A DNA stretch of 57,712 nucleotides from Dehalococcoidia bacterium (lineage in GTDB: Bacteria > Chloroflexota > Dehalococcoidia > GIF9 > AB-539-J10). Positions 45,383-56,564 of the stretch are shown here, one piece after another. The stretch lies in assembly GCA_021162545.1 (NCBI GenBank), contig JAGGYM010000058.1, forward strand, positions 1 through 57,712. The letters run 5' to 3'. The notes below the pieces were generated by a model, which worked only from the letters and a program-made list of their open reading frames with translations, was not told the DNA's origin and ran no database searches. Each line of letters begins with the position of its first letter. Positions within the stretch are counted from its first letter, which is position 1. Position numbers and translations under genes: made by a program.

Positions 45383-45862
45383 ATGCTAGCTGATCCCGTG
45401 TCTTTGGCTACTCTCGGCGGTGGTATCGCATTAGCTGGGGGTGTAGTAGGATCTTCACTGGGGATATCAAATGCGGCTTCTGCTGGCATAGCTACGTTGT
45501 CCAAAAAACCCGGGCAACTCAGGAACGTTATAATATTATCGTCTGTGCCAATGTCACAGACTTTCTATGGCTTGATAATGATGATACTTATCCTGACCAC
45601 GGTAATCCCCAAGATTGCTGCTATGCCAGATGCCGGTGGCAGTGGTTTTGCCGTGCTGGCTTGCAGTATTGTGGTTGGTTTTAGCGGAGCGTTCTCGGGA
45701 GCGTATAAGGGCTCTGTGCTAGCTGCAGGCATTGCATACCTGCCCAAGACAGAGGGAAAAATACTAACTAGCTCTCTGATGTTAGCGGTATTCGTTGAGC
45801 TAATAGCTGTGCTGGGGCTGGTATTTAGCATAATGGCATTAAGTATGTTAGGGCTCATGTAA
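45383..45862 (+). CDS. atpK: A/V-type ATP synthase subunit K (c), 4-TM, copy 1
   Basis: PMSQTFYG...GAYKG...AVFVELIAVLG. Confidence 0.88.
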   Translation: MLADPVSLATLGGGIALAGGVVGSSLGISNAASAGIATLSKKPGQLRNVIILSSVPMSQTFYGLIMMILILTTVIPKIAAMPDAGGSGFAVLACSIVVGFSGAFSGAYKGSVLAAGIAYLPKTEGKILTSSLMLAVFVELIAVLGLVFSIMALSMLGLM

Positions 45863-45883
45863 TAAATGTCTCGGAGGTGAAAG

Positions 45884-46366
45884 ATGATAATCAGTCCTGA
45901 GTCGTTTGCAGTTCTGGGAGGGGCTATAGCGTTGGCTGGTGGTCTCGCAGGGTCCTCGATAGGCATAGCCACTGCTGCTTCAAATGGAGTAGCCACATTA
46001 GCCGAGGAGCCAGGACAGTTAAGAAACGTTATCGTACTGGCGTCACTGCCAATGACGCAAACCTTCTATGGACTCATAATATTGATACTTATTCTAACCA
46101 CTGTAATTCCTAATCTGGTTGCTATGCCTGACGCCGGTGGCGGTAGTGGGTTTGCTGTATTTGCCTGCGGCATTATCGCTGCCCTTGCCGAAGGATTCTC
46201 AGGTGCATATCAGGGTTCCGTGTGTGCCTCGGGTATCTCGCTTCTGCCCAAAACGAAGGGGAAGATTTTGACCAACTCCATGATGCTTGCCGTCTTCGTT
46301 GAGCTAATAGGTGTCCTGGGGCTGGTTTTTACTATCATGGCTCTGAGCATATTGGGACTTTTCTAG
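45884..46366 (+). CDS. atpK: A/V-type ATP synthase subunit K (c), 4-TM, copy 2
   Basis: PMTQTFYG...GAYQG...AVFVELIGVLG. Confidence 0.9.
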   Translation: MIISPESFAVLGGAIALAGGLAGSSIGIATAASNGVATLAEEPGQLRNVIVLASLPMTQTFYGLIILILILTTVIPNLVAMPDAGGGSGFAVFACGIIAALAEGFSGAYQGSVCASGISLLPKTKGKILTNSMMLAVFVELIGVLGLVFTIMALSILGLF

Positions 46367-46381
46367 AGGTCATGTCGAGAA

Positions 46382-46954
46382 ATGGAAAAGATAAATGAAG
46401 CTGTCATTGCCAAAGTGAACGAGGAAGCTCGGGTTATAATTGGAGAGGCTGAGGAAAAGGCCCGCGAGGAGATGGAGCGGGCCCGGAAGCGGTGGGAGGT
46501 GAAAATCGAGGAGGAAAAGGCCAGGATACGGGAGTCGGCAGAAGAGGAAGTCGCCAGAATCCACGCCAGGTCTTCTATCGAAGCACGGCAGGAGATTTCG
46601 GCCAAAAAATCCGACGTCATTACCAGGATGATTGACATGGCGGAGAGTAAATTGTCCGCGTTCACTGCTGATGAGCGCTGTCTTTCGAAATTGATTGCCG
46701 AGTCGCTCGGTGGCCTCGGTGGAGAGAAGGCCAGGATTTATGTTTCCCCCAAAGACATGGCTACGGTGCAAAAACTCCTTGAGAGCGACCAAGAACTGGC
46801 AGGCAGGATAGTGGAGGTCAGGGAATTGAACTGCCTGGGAGGCGTTGTAGCTGAAGACATCGAGGGAAAACTCAGGATCGATAATACCTACGGGACCAGG
46901 CTCGAAATGCTGATGCCTCAACTGCTGCCGGAGATAAGCAAGGAGCTTTTTTGA
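46382..46954 (+). CDS. atpE: A/V-type ATP synthase subunit E
   Basis: Coiled coil plus LGGVVAED...RIDNTY.TRL. Confidence 0.9.
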   Translation: MEKINEAVIAKVNEEARVIIGEAEEKAREEMERARKRWEVKIEEEKARIRESAEEEVARIHARSSIEARQEISAKKSDVITRMIDMAESKLSAFTADERCLSKLIAESLGGLGGEKARIYVSPKDMATVQKLLESDQELAGRIVEVRELNCLGGVVAEDIEGKLRIDNTYGTRLEMLMPQLLPEISKELF

Positions 46955-46961
46955 GCTCCGG

Positions 46962-48008
46962 GTGAGGGTAATTTTGATTGACCCGCGGTACGCATTTATC
47001 TCGGCCTACCTGAAAGGGGAGGAGTCCACGGCCATCACCATGAACCAGATGGGGGAGATGCTGAGAATGGATAACATCCATGATGCGCTGGCACTGGTCA
47101 GGGAAACCGATGTGGGAAGTTACCTGGAGCAGCTTCCTGTCGAGACTTTCGATGATCTGGATATGCTTTTATGGCACTACCTTGCCAGTTGTGTCGGGTA
47201 TGCAGAATCGTTTAAGTTCTCGCCACCTGATATGGCAAGAGTGTCCAGAGCATATATGGCGAAGTACGACGTTCTGAACATTAAAGCTGCCTTGCTGGGT
47301 ATTTCGACCGGCAGAAAAGCCAGCCTGATCCCCGTAGGAGATATCTCTGACAGAGGCTTGCTGGACGAGCTCTCTGCTGCTGAGGATACCGGCAAAATCA
47401 TAGAAATACTCACCGCGTCCGGTTTGAGGGATTATGTGCCCGCAGTGGAGAGTTACACAAACGGTGAGGGGATAAAGGCACGGGCTCTAGCTGAAGCCAG
47501 ACTGGAAAGCGCATACTACAAAAGTCTGCAGCATATGATAAGGAGAGTAAAAGACGGTTCGGTACTTTTCCAGACCATGGGCATGATTATAGACCTGGCA
47601 AATTTGCAGATTGTCAGCAGGACCATTATTGCGGGCTTGAAGGTTGATGCAGTTCAATGCGCCATCGCCGGCGGGTATCTCATTACAGAGGATACCGTCA
47701 AGGAGCTGCTCTCGCTTAAACCGGCTGACCTGCACCGTCACCTGGAGGACACTCAATACTCTGATATAGCTGAAGAAATACTGCTTTGCCACGACAGAAC
47801 CAGGAGCATTACAGCCGTGCAGGATGTTATCGATAAGCACAGGTTCAAATTGCTCAGGGAGATGCTGGCCCCCAGGGTACTGTCCCCCCTGGTGATGTTA
47901 TGGTATATAGTTTCCAAGGAGACCGAAATAAGAAATCTGAGGCTAATCTTAAAGGCGGTAAACGATAACGTCTCAAGAGAGGAAATCAAGCCTTATCTGG
48001 TGTCGTGA
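46962..48008 (+). CDS. atpC: A/V-type ATP synthase subunit C (d)
   Basis: YAFISAYLKG, KYDVLNIK, IDLANL, KETEIRNLRLI. Confidence 0.88.
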   Translation: MRVILIDPRYAFISAYLKGEESTAITMNQMGEMLRMDNIHDALALVRETDVGSYLEQLPVETFDDLDMLLWHYLASCVGYAESFKFSPPDMARVSRAYMAKYDVLNIKAALLGISTGRKASLIPVGDISDRGLLDELSAAEDTGKIIEILTASGLRDYVPAVESYTNGEGIKARALAEARLESAYYKSLQHMIRRVKDGSVLFQTMGMIIDLANLQIVSRTIIAGLKVDAVQCAIAGGYLITEDTVKELLSLKPADLHRHLEDTQYSDIAEEILLCHDRTRSITAVQDVIDKHRFKLLREMLAPRVLSPLVMLWYIVSKETEIRNLRLILKAVNDNVSREEIKPYLVS

Positions 48009-48364
48009 GTATGATTCCTTTTAAAGAGTTAAAGATAGCCGTTATAGGAGACGAAGACCTGCTTGGCGGGTTGAGGCTGGCCGGCATCAGGGAATATTAC
48101 CCCATAGCAAACGACCATGATAAGCGCGAGAACGTCAGAAAAGCCCTGGAAGAATTGGTAAAAAAGTCCGACACCGGCATAATCGTTATGCCTGAAGATT
48201 ATCTGGGATATGCTGAAGACATAGTGTCACGGGTTAAAAAGGGGAATACCGCAACCCCTGTAATTGTGGAAGTTCCCTCAAAATCCGGCACAGCGTATCA
48301 AGATATCCCCGGGTATTATGGAACGTTCATGAGGAAATTTCTGGGATTTAATGTGGAACTCTGA
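48005..48364 (+). CDS. atpF: A/V-type ATP synthase subunit F
   Basis: KIAVIGDED...GLRLAGI, PVIVEVP. Confidence 0.9.
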   Translation: MSMIPFKELKIAVIGDEDLLGGLRLAGIREYYPIANDHDKRENVRKALEELVKKSDTGIIVMPEDYLGYAEDIVSRVKKGNTATPVIVEVPSKSGTAYQDIPGYYGTFMRKFLGFNVEL

Positions 48365-48484
48365 AGTGGCAGTTACCGGATGTTGCTATAAGGATGAAGC
48401 GGCCCGGAACAAGAGGTCAATGAACCTCTTAATTTATGTTTGCGGCAGGTGTCGCGATGGCAATAAGAGCAGGAGGCTAAATTT

Positions 48485-50239
48485 ATGGGAAAGATATGGA
48501 GAGTTTCTGGGCCCCTGGTTATAGCTGATGAAATGAAAGGCTCTCAGGTCTATGAGATCGTTGAGATAGGCAAAGCGGGGCTGGTGGGCGAGATAACGGG
48601 GCTGGATGGTGATAAGGCGATAATTCAGGCTCATGAGGACACCCTCGGTTTGAAGGTCGGGGATAAGGTAGAAGGAACGGGAAGAATATTGAGCGTGGAG
48701 CTGGGACCGGGAATCGTAGGTTCTATTTATGACGGGCTGCAAAAATCCCTGCTCACCCTGGTTGAGGAGAGTGGCTCATTTATCAAGCGGGGAGTGAAAG
48801 CCCTGGCGCTGGACAGAAACAAAAAATGGCATTTCACCCCGACGGTCAAAGCCGGAGATATACTCGGCGTCGGCAGCATCATCGGCACAGTTCCTGAGAC
48901 CAGCATCATCGAGCACAGGATAATGGTGCCGCCGGGATTTAAGGGCACGATACGGGAAATCCATGAAGGCGACTATACCGTTGATGAGACTGTGGCCTGG
49001 TTGGAGTATGAAGGTAAGGTATCTGAACTTACGCTTAAACAGGAATGGCCCGTGCGCAAGCCACGACCTTACGAGCAGAGGTTAGCTCCTTCAGGCTTGC
49101 TCGCCACGGGCATGAGGGTGATGGATTATATGTTTCCCCTGGCTCTCGGCGGCAAGGCTGCCATTCCGGGAGGATTTGGTACCGGGAAAACCGTTGCTTT
49201 GCAGCAACTGGCCAAATGGGCCCAGACGCATCTGAATATTTACGTTGGCTGCGGGGAGAGGGGCAATGAGATGTCGGATGTCCTCTACAGTTTCAGGAAA
49301 CTTAAAGACCCCAACACGGGAGAGCTGCTGCAGGACAAGGAGATATTTATAGCCAACACATCCAATATGCCCGTCGTAGCCCGTGAAGCGAGCATCTTCG
49401 TCGGGATAACCGTAGCTGAATATTTTCGAGACATGGGATATGATGTCTTGCTGATCGCCGATTCAACTTCGAGGTGGGCGGAGGCCATGAGGGAAATGGG
49501 AGGAAGACTCGAGGAAATGCCGGGAGAGGAGGGTTTTCCTTCTTACCTGGGTTCAAGACTTTCTTCTTTTTACGAAAGGGCAGGAATGGTTGAATGCCTG
49601 GGGCGTCCCGAAAGAAAGGGTTCGGTAACGGTAATCGGGGCCGTAAGCCCCCCTGGAGCCGACTTCAGTGAACCGGTGACTCAAAATACCCTCAGGATAG
49701 TGGATGCTTTATATTCCCTGGATGTTTCCCTGGCGAACAAACGGCACTTCCCCACGATAAACTGGCTTACCAGCTACAGCCTTTATACGGATGCAGTCGG
49801 GGACTGGTGGAACGGTGTTTATCCTGAATGGGCAAATACCAGAACTGCAGCGTTGAAGATATTGCAGCAGGAAGCCGAGCTGGAGGAAATTGTGAGGCTT
49901 GTCGGACCTGAGGCCCTGCCCGAAGGCGACAAGCTTTTATTGCTCGTTGCCAGGATGCTGCGCGAAGACTTTCTACAGCAGAGCGCTTACCATGAAATCG
50001 ATGCCTACTGTGCGCCGCTGAAGGCGGGGCTCATGATTACGACTATAATGAAATTTTACGAACTGGCCAGGGAAATGCTGAATTCGGGAATAAGAGTCGA
50101 GGAAATTCGCTCATCTCCCATGGTGTACAAAATATCCAGGATGAAGGATATTTCCAACGAGCTCTTTGAGCAAAAAGCAAAGGAGTTGTGGCAGGAAATG
50201 GAACAGGAGCTAGCAGCTGATAAAGGAGGAGTCTTATGA
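48485..50239 (+). CDS. atpA: A/V-type ATP synthase subunit A
   Basis: GGFGTGKT P-loop, [30 protein letters not shown]. Confidence 0.96.
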   Translation: MGKIWRVSGPLVIADEMKGSQVYEIVEIGKAGLVGEITGLDGDKAIIQAHEDTLGLKVGDKVEGTGRILSVELGPGIVGSIYDGLQKSLLTLVEESGSFIKRGVKALALDRNKKWHFTPTVKAGDILGVGSIIGTVPETSIIEHRIMVPPGFKGTIREIHEGDYTVDETVAWLEYEGKVSELTLKQEWPVRKPRPYEQRLAPSGLLATGMRVMDYMFPLALGGKAAIPGGFGTGKTVALQQLAKWAQTHLNIYVGCGERGNEMSDVLYSFRKLKDPNTGELLQDKEIFIANTSNMPVVAREASIFVGITVAEYFRDMGYDVLLIADSTSRWAEAMREMGGRLEEMPGEEGFPSYLGSRLSSFYERAGMVECLGRPERKGSVTVIGAVSPPGADFSEPVTQNTLRIVDALYSLDVSLANKRHFPTINWLTSYSLYTDAVGDWWNGVYPEWANTRTAALKILQQEAELEEIVRLVGPEALPEGDKLLLLVARMLREDFLQQSAYHEIDAYCAPLKAGLMITTIMKFYELAREMLNSGIRVEEIRSSPMVYKISRMKDISNELFEQKAKELWQEMEQELAADKGGVL

Positions 50240-51642
50240 GTTTCTCTTCACTTTATATTAAAGAGGGGAGAGCAATCCGCAAGGCCAAGGGGGCTTTGCT
50301 CATAGTTGAAAGCATCCCCGGTGTAGAATTCAACGAGATAGTTGACGTTCAGCTTGGCAACGGCGAGATAAAGAGAGGTCAGGCGATAGATATTGGGGAG
50401 GAAGCAATTGTAATACAGGTGTTCGGAGGAGTCAGCGAAGTCGATCTCATCGACAGCAAGGTAAGATTCAAAGGAGAAACGCTAAAACTGCCGGTATCCA
50501 TTGACATGCTGGGGAGATTTTTCAACGGTATGGGAGAACCCATAGATGGAGGACCACCCATAATTCCCGATAACTATATGGAGGTCAACGGTGAACCCAT
50601 GAATCCTGCCGCGCGCCAGCCGCCTGCCGAGTTCATCGAAACCGGAATTTCAGTCATAGACGGACTGAACGCGCTGGTCAGGGGACAGAAATTGCCCATA
50701 TTCAGCGGGGCAGGTTTGCCTCACAACAGAATCGCAGCTCAGATAATAAGGCAGGCGACAGTGAAAGGAGAAGCGGGTAAGTTTGCGCTGGTATTTGCGG
50801 CCATCGGCATCAGTTACGATGAAGCCTCTTTCTTCATGAAGAACCTCGAGGGCACGGGCGCGCTGGAAAGAACAGTGGCCTTCATCAATACCGCATCGGA
50901 TCCCGTCATAGAGCGGATATCAACGCCGAGGATGGCTTTAACCGCAGCTGATTATATGGCATGGGAACAGGATATGCACGTCCTGGTCATACTTACCGAC
51001 ATGACCAACTATTGCGAGGCTCTCAGGGAACTCTCTTCGATGCGCGAAGAAATCCCTTCCAGAAGAGGATATCCGGGATACATGTACACCGACCTGGCCA
51101 CGATATATGAGAGAGCAGGCAGGCTTATGGGCAAAGAAGGTTCGATAACCATAATGCCCATTTTGACCATGCCCGATGATGATATCACGCATCCCATACC
51201 CGACCTTACCGGCTACATAACCGAAGGACAGATCGTGCTTTCACGAAACCTAGAAAGAAAGGGAATATATCTGCCCATAGACGTGTTTCTGTCCCTTTCA
51301 CGGATGATGAAGGAGGGAATCGGCCCGGGCAAAACCAGAGATGATCACAACAACGTCTTCATGCAGTCCTACGCCGCTTACTCTGAAGGATGCTATCTCA
51401 GAGAGATATCCACCATCATAGGAGCTGAATCGTTGAGCGAGAGGGATAAGGTGTATTTAACTTTTGCAGACGAGTTCGAGAGAAAGTTCGTCTCACAGGG
51501 TGAGTTCGAGAAGAGAAAGGTGGAAGATACGCTGGATATAGCGTGGAGCCTGTTCTCGATGCTGCCCGAAAGGGACCTGCGCTTAATCAGCGAAGAATTT
51601 GTCAGGAAATATCTCCCGAAAGGGGAATCGGGCAGCCCGTAA
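50236..51642 (+). CDS. atpB: A/V-type ATP synthase subunit B
   Basis: [41 protein letters not shown]. Confidence 0.96.
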   Translation: MSFSSLYIKEGRAIRKAKGALLIVESIPGVEFNEIVDVQLGNGEIKRGQAIDIGEEAIVIQVFGGVSEVDLIDSKVRFKGETLKLPVSIDMLGRFFNGMGEPIDGGPPIIPDNYMEVNGEPMNPAARQPPAEFIETGISVIDGLNALVRGQKLPIFSGAGLPHNRIAAQIIRQATVKGEAGKFALVFAAIGISYDEASFFMKNLEGTGALERTVAFINTASDPVIERISTPRMALTAADYMAWEQDMHVLVILTDMTNYCEALRELSSMREEIPSRRGYPGYMYTDLATIYERAGRLMGKEGSITIMPILTMPDDDITHPIPDLTGYITEGQIVLSRNLERKGIYLPIDVFLSLSRMMKEGIGPGKTRDDHNNVFMQSYAAYSEGCYLREISTIIGAESLSERDKVYLTFADEFERKFVSQGEFEKRKVEDTLDIAWSLFSMLPERDLRLISEEFVRKYLPKGESGSP

Positions 51643-51689
51643 CCTGGAACATCGAACTGGACGTGAAAAGCATGGCGAGGTCTCTGTAA

Positions 51690-52322
51690 ATGTCTCAACA
51701 GCTAATCAAGGTCAGGCCTACAAAAATTGAGCTGGTCAAGTTGAAGCGCAGGCTGTCTCTGTCTCAGAGAGTGCAAAAGATAGTTAAAGACAGACTTTCC
51801 ATCCTGACGATGGAGTTTTTGCAAATTGCACGAGAGACGGTGAAAGCCAGGGGGAAACTGGTTGAGTCGTTTGCGGAATCCTACAAGGCACTGTCGCTTG
51901 CCAGCGGGTATCATGGATACATAGCCCTGGAAAAGGAATTGCTGGCTGCCGAGACCGACCTGAGCATCATCACCGGAGCAAGAAATGTGGCGGGCGTGCG
52001 AATTCCCGCTTTTGAACTGGCAAAGAGCGAAAAGGCAATACAGCAATACAACCTGGCTGACACATCCGCCTGGGTGGACCGTGCAGCCCAATCGTCCGAG
52101 AAGTGCCTTGAAGCCATTGTTGAGCTAGCCGAGCTGCAGAGAAGCCTTGAGTTGCTGGGAAAGGAAATAAACAGGGCGAAAAGGATAGCCAACGCACTGG
52201 AGTATATTACCATTCCCAGCTTGCAGGCGACGATAAATTTCTTGAATCTGAAGTTCGAGGAAAGGGACAGGGAGGAGAAAACGAGGCTCAAGCGCGTGAA
52301 GATCCTGATCGGGGAGAGATAA
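51690..52322 (+). CDS. atpD: A/V-type ATP synthase subunit D
   Basis: PTKIEL, NVAGVRIP, KRIANALEY, EERDREE..RLK. Confidence 0.93.
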   Translation: MSQQLIKVRPTKIELVKLKRRLSLSQRVQKIVKDRLSILTMEFLQIARETVKARGKLVESFAESYKALSLASGYHGYIALEKELLAAETDLSIITGARNVAGVRIPAFELAKSEKAIQQYNLADTSAWVDRAAQSSEKCLEAIVELAELQRSLELLGKEINRAKRIANALEYITIPSLQATINFLNLKFEERDREEKTRLKRVKILIGER

Positions 52323-52326
52323 GAAA

Positions 52327-52809
52327 GTGTCTCAGGATTCGGTCTATGAAAAAGTGCTCCAGACCTGTCTGGCAGGTGAGCTCAGGGTGGTAAATTCCGG
52401 GCTGCCCAGGAGGAGGAAACCCCTATCCGTGCTCTTGCAGGAGAAATATCCCTGCGTGGAATGCAATGACGGCAGCTCCTATTTATTCAAAAAGAAAGAG
52501 CTGGCATACCTTGCGGGCATGGTAAGCGCCGGGGAACAGGAAAAGTTGTTGTTACCCATGCTTATAGAGATGGAAGCGGATCAGGCGGAAGTAGCGGTGA
52601 TATGTGTGGGCGAGGTGGAGAAAAAAGTACTATCGAGAATCCTTGACATGCCCCTGGCTTCCCGGGGCGGCAAGCTCAGAATATACCGGCCGCAGCTGGC
52701 TTTGATAAGGCGAGAGCTAAGAACCGCTACGCAGTACGTATTTTCCTCCAGCGTTATAGAGCGCAATATACCTGCCCAAAATGCATCGGGGCGGTCAGCA
52801 GCAGGTTAA
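52327..52809 (+). CDS. DUF61 (UPF0216)-like protein
   Basis: N.GLP.RRKPL..LL.E..P......DGS...FKKKEL, LPMLIE, YRPQL...R..L.T.TQY.F. Confidence 0.75.
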   Translation: MSQDSVYEKVLQTCLAGELRVVNSGLPRRRKPLSVLLQEKYPCVECNDGSSYLFKKKELAYLAGMVSAGEQEKLLLPMLIEMEADQAEVAVICVGEVEKKVLSRILDMPLASRGGKLRIYRPQLALIRRELRTATQYVFSSSVIERNIPAQNASGRSAAG

Positions 52810-53066
52810 TCATCCGTTATTCCGTGGTCGTAAAGATAATCCACGGTGTCCTGAATAGTTCGTATTTTCTCTGCATCTTCGTCCGACATCTCTAATCGCT
52901 TGCCCTCCTGGCTGAACTCTTCTTCTATAGCAGTGATGAGCTCAATCAGGTCCAGTGAATCAGCGTTCAGGTCTTCGGTGAAAGATGTCTCAAGCGTTAT
53001 TTCTTCTTCGTCAGCATCCAGTTGTTCTACAATGAGTTTTTTCAGTCTTTCAAAGACGGTAGCCAT
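52806..53066 (-). CDS. acpP: Acyl carrier protein
   Basis: DLNADSLD phosphopantetheine motif; AAGGAGG SD. Confidence 0.95.
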   Translation of the reverse strand: MATVFERLKKLIVEQLDADEEEITLETSFTEDLNADSLDLIELITAIEEEFSQEGKRLEMSDEDAEKIRTIQDTVDYLYDHGITDD

Positions 53067-53080
53067 GTTACCTCCTTGCA

Positions 53081-53506
53081 TTAAGTTTTATTGCTTATTG
53101 GTTTGTATTCCTGTGCTATCGAACCCAACACTCCATTAATTAAACGATACGAGGAGTCACCGCCAAAGCCCTTGGCCAGTTCTATAGCTTCATTTATAAT
53201 TACTCTGATGGGCGTGTTGCTGTTGAACAAAGCTTCAAAGATAGCAAGGCGCAAGATATTCCTGTCCACGATAGATATTTGCTCCAGGGGAAAAGCCGGG
53301 GCAAACCGTTTGATTATATCATCAAGCTCCGGTTTATTTTTCACTACTCCTCGGACCAGCTCTTTGATGAAGTCAGCCGACTCTAAAGGTATATCCTGCC
53401 TGCCAGCCAGGTTGGCCAGTATGCCCTGTATTGCATGCCCGGTGCAATCTGTTTCATAAAGCACCTGGAGGGCTATAATTCGTGCCTGCCGTCTTATCCC
53501 AGCCAT
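53081..53506 (-). CDS. nusB: Transcription antitermination factor NusB
   Basis: [39 protein letters not shown]. Confidence 0.95.
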   Translation of the reverse strand: MAGIRRQARIIALQVLYETDCTGHAIQGILANLAGRQDIPLESADFIKELVRGVVKNKPELDDIIKRFAPAFPLEQISIVDRNILRLAIFEALFNSNTPIRVIINEAIELAKGFGGDSSYRLINGVLGSIAQEYKPISNKT

Positions 53507-53521
53507 AATCAACAACCCGTG

Positions 53522-54451
53522 CTAGACCGACAGCTCGACGATATCATCTTTTCCGGAGACATTCACGGTATTTACTTCCGGATTGATTCGCTTAATCAGG
53601 CCGGTGAGCACCTTCCCCGGTCCTATTTCATAAAAGGTGTTCACCCCATTGCGATGCATATATTCAACAGAGCGCTGCCACTGGATACAGTGGCGAAGCT
53701 GTGAAGGAAGTTCCTCCTTGATAGCAGCGATATCGGTCAGTACCGTGGCAGATGTATTGGCTATTACGGGGATTTGGGGAGCCAGAAAGGAGAAGCTGGA
53801 GAGCACGTCTCTGAATTCAGCGACAACCGGCTCCATCAAAGCGGAGTGAAAAGCTCCGCTTACCTTCAAGGGAATAACGCGAACTCTCCTGCTCCTGGCC
53901 AGCCTCCTGGCTTCGTTCAGAGCATCAACGGAACCACTGATTACAGTCTGTCCGGGGCAATTGATATTGGATATCTCTGTCCTGCTCTCAGCACATATCT
54001 CTGCAATTGTCTTTTCGTCCGAGCCTATCATGGCCAGCATGCCGCCGGGGGATTGCAGCCCAGCCTGGTACATCAGCCTTCCTCTTTCCCTCACCAGCTT
54101 GATGGCATCAGACAAACTGAGTACGCCGGCGGCTACCAGGGCGGTGTATTCGCCCAGGCTGTGACCGGCAACAAAGCGAGGTACAGGAAGCCCATTATGG
54201 TTGGATTCCTGCATAGCTCTGAGACAGGCGATGCTGGTGGCAAGTATCGCCGGTTGAACGTTGACCGTCCTGGTCAGCTCTTCCTCGGGACCATTGAAGC
54301 ACAGCTGAGATAAGGAAAATTTCAGAGTATCGTCAGCCTGGTCGAAAACTTCCCTGGCAGAAGAACATTGCTCATACAGGTCTCTCCCCATTCCCGCTTT
54401 CTGGGAGCCCTGCCCTGGAAAAACGTAAGCTAACCCGGGATTCTCAGCCAT
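53522..54451 (-). CDS. fabD: Malonyl-CoA-ACP transacylase
   Basis: FPGQGSQ, GHSLGEY, VSGAFHS, EIGPGKVL. Confidence 0.96.
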   Translation of the reverse strand: MAENPGLAYVFPGQGSQKAGMGRDLYEQCSSAREVFDQADDTLKFSLSQLCFNGPEEELTRTVNVQPAILATSIACLRAMQESNHNGLPVPRFVAGHSLGEYTALVAAGVLSLSDAIKLVRERGRLMYQAGLQSPGGMLAMIGSDEKTIAEICAESRTEISNINCPGQTVISGSVDALNEARRLARSRRVRVIPLKVSGAFHSALMEPVVAEFRDVLSSFSFLAPQIPVIANTSATVLTDIAAIKEELPSQLRHCIQWQRSVEYMHRNGVNTFYEIGPGKVLTGLIKRINPEVNTVNVSGKDDIVELSV

Positions 54452-54454
54452 ACT

Positions 54455-54655
54455 CTACGAAGATTTCTTCTTAGTTTTCTTAACTTCAGTTACTTGCCTG
54501 TTCTTATAATTGCCGCAGGTCGTGCAAACATGGTGGGCCAGCTTGAGACTATGGCATTGAGGGCATCTATCCAGGGAGGGAAGGCTCAGAGCGAGGTGGC
54601 TGCGCCTTTTCCCCTGTCGCGCGCTGGGATATTTTTTTTTCGGTAGAGGTGGCAT
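54455..54655 (-). CDS. rpmF: 50S ribosomal protein L32 (Zn-binding type)
   Basis: LPKKK...RRSH, CPQC...HHVCTTCGNY. Confidence 0.95.
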   Translation of the reverse strand: MPPLPKKKYPSARQGKRRSHLALSLPSLDRCPQCHSLKLAHHVCTTCGNYKNRQVTEVKKTKKKSS

Positions 54656-54661
54656 AACAAT

Positions 54662-55111
54662 CTATCTCCTTATTCCGGTGCAATCAGGCTTGCATAACAA
54701 TTTCATAGGTAAATTCAGAAGAATATACTGGCATATTAGCTCTCCCAAGTCAAGCAGGCGATTATCGTTCAGTGTAAACCCGGTAAAATCTTCCGGCTGA
54801 GAGGTTGTCAAATCCCCGGCATCATCATCTGTGGAGAAGAATTCCTCCTCTATGCTGCACTGCATGGGGTAAAGAAAGGTATCGAGGCAGCGGCTGCAGG
54901 TAAGTTCCAGCTCGGCAGTCAGCCTGCACTGAACCAGTATTCCCTGGCCCGTATTGGTAAAAGTTATCTTCCCTCGTACAGGTTCGCCGGCGCGCTCATC
55001 GAGTATCTCGGCTATATCGCAGCTGTGGCTGGTTCCTATGGGATCTTTCAAGAGCGGAGACACATCGATGGCCCCCTTGATAAATCCCTGCTGTATTTCC
55101 TCTATGGTCAT
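54662..55111 (-). CDS. yceD: YceD / DUF177 family protein
   Basis: CSRCL, LDL, LPMKLLCKPDC; canonical position upstream of rpmF. Confidence 0.88.
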   Translation of the reverse strand: MTIEEIQQGFIKGAIDVSPLLKDPIGTSHSCDIAEILDERAGEPVRGKITFTNTGQGILVQCRLTAELELTCSRCLDTFLYPMQCSIEEEFFSTDDDAGDLTTSQPEDFTGFTLNDNRLLDLGELICQYILLNLPMKLLCKPDCTGIRR

Positions 55112-55251
55112 GGCATATCAAGCAAATAACGCTTCCGTGAAGGCTTGTGCAACATGGATGAATATAAGATGTAGTATAATTATACTTTATCAGTCACCCG
55201 ATTGCTCGCCGGGAGACCGGCAGAGCGAGTTAAGTACCGGAGAAGAGGAAC

Positions 55252-56419
55252 TTTGTTTATCAATGATTTGAAGGCCGAAGTAATCCGAGCGGTGGATTTG
55301 CAGGAGCGTTCGCTCATCCAACTCAGCAGGAAGATTCACGACCACCCGGAAATGAGCTTCCAGGAAGAGAAAGCTGCAGCCTGGCTGAGCGATTACCTTC
55401 AGGATGGCGGATTTCTCCTGGAGAGAGGCATTGCTGGTTTGCCCACCGCTTTCCGGGCGACATACGGGCAGGGAGAACCCAGAATCGCTCTGCTGGCAGA
55501 GTATGACGCTTTGCCCGGAATGGGTCACGCCTGCGGACACAATCTAATAGCTGCTGCTGCTGTGGGAGCAGGCATGGCCGGCAAGCTCATCGTTGACAGC
55601 TTCGGTGGTAGCCTGGTGGTTCTGGGCACGCCTGGGGAAGAATCCTTTGGCGGCAAAATAGATATGGTGGAAAAAGGCATCTTCGATGACGTGGATGTGG
55701 TCATGATGGTACATCCCGCCACGCGGAATGCGACCAAGATACAGGCCCTGGCCTGCAGCTCACTTGACATAAACTTTTGGGGAAGGGCATCTCATGCCGC
55801 GGCCTGTCCCCAGCGGGGCATAAATGCCCTGGAGGCTCTCATCCTGTCCTTTAACTCCATCAACTCCCTGCGCCAGCACATAGATGAGGGTGCGCGCATC
55901 CACGGCATAATTACCAGCGGTGGGGAGGCGCCCAATATAGTTCCGGCTCACAGCGCAGCCAGCTTTATGGTACGGGCTCGTGATGATGTTTATCTTGAGG
56001 AATTGAAGATGATGGTCTTAAATTGCTTCCGGGGAGCGTCTCAAGCAACCGGAGCGAGATTGGAATACGGGTGGGGAGACAAATCTTATTCCGCCATGAA
56101 AAATAATCCGGCCATGGCGAATCTGTTCCAGCGCAACCTGGAGTCGCTGGGCCGCAGCATAGAGATTTCTGCACCCCTCTTCGTTGGCAGCACGGATATG
56201 GGAAACGTCAGCCAGGCAGTTCCCAGCATACATCCATGCATAGCCATTGCCCCTGATGAAATATCGCTGCATACGCCGGAGTTCGCTTCGGCAACAGATT
56301 CGGAAGAAGGTTACAAAGGAATGATGGATGCAGCCAGGTTGATGGCCATGACGGCGGCCGATATATTCGGTGACCCGGAAATCCTGAGAGAAATTAAGCG
56401 CGAGTTTTCGCACTCATGA
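55252..56419 (+). CDS. M20 family amidohydrolase (AbgB/M20D-like); start uncertain
   Basis: HDHPE, EYDALP, HACGHN, GTPGEE, GSTDMGNVS, HT.EF. Confidence 0.9.
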
Positions 56420-56564
56420 CCCAAGCTCTCATAACCTGAGTGACTTAAATACCGGCAGCAAGGAACTGCCCTGCAGATTGTCAAAGTCCTGTGGATGGCG
56501 TATTATTAAACAAAAGTGGCATTTACTTTAATAACAAAAGGCGCTATTAAAGTAGAGTTTAATA

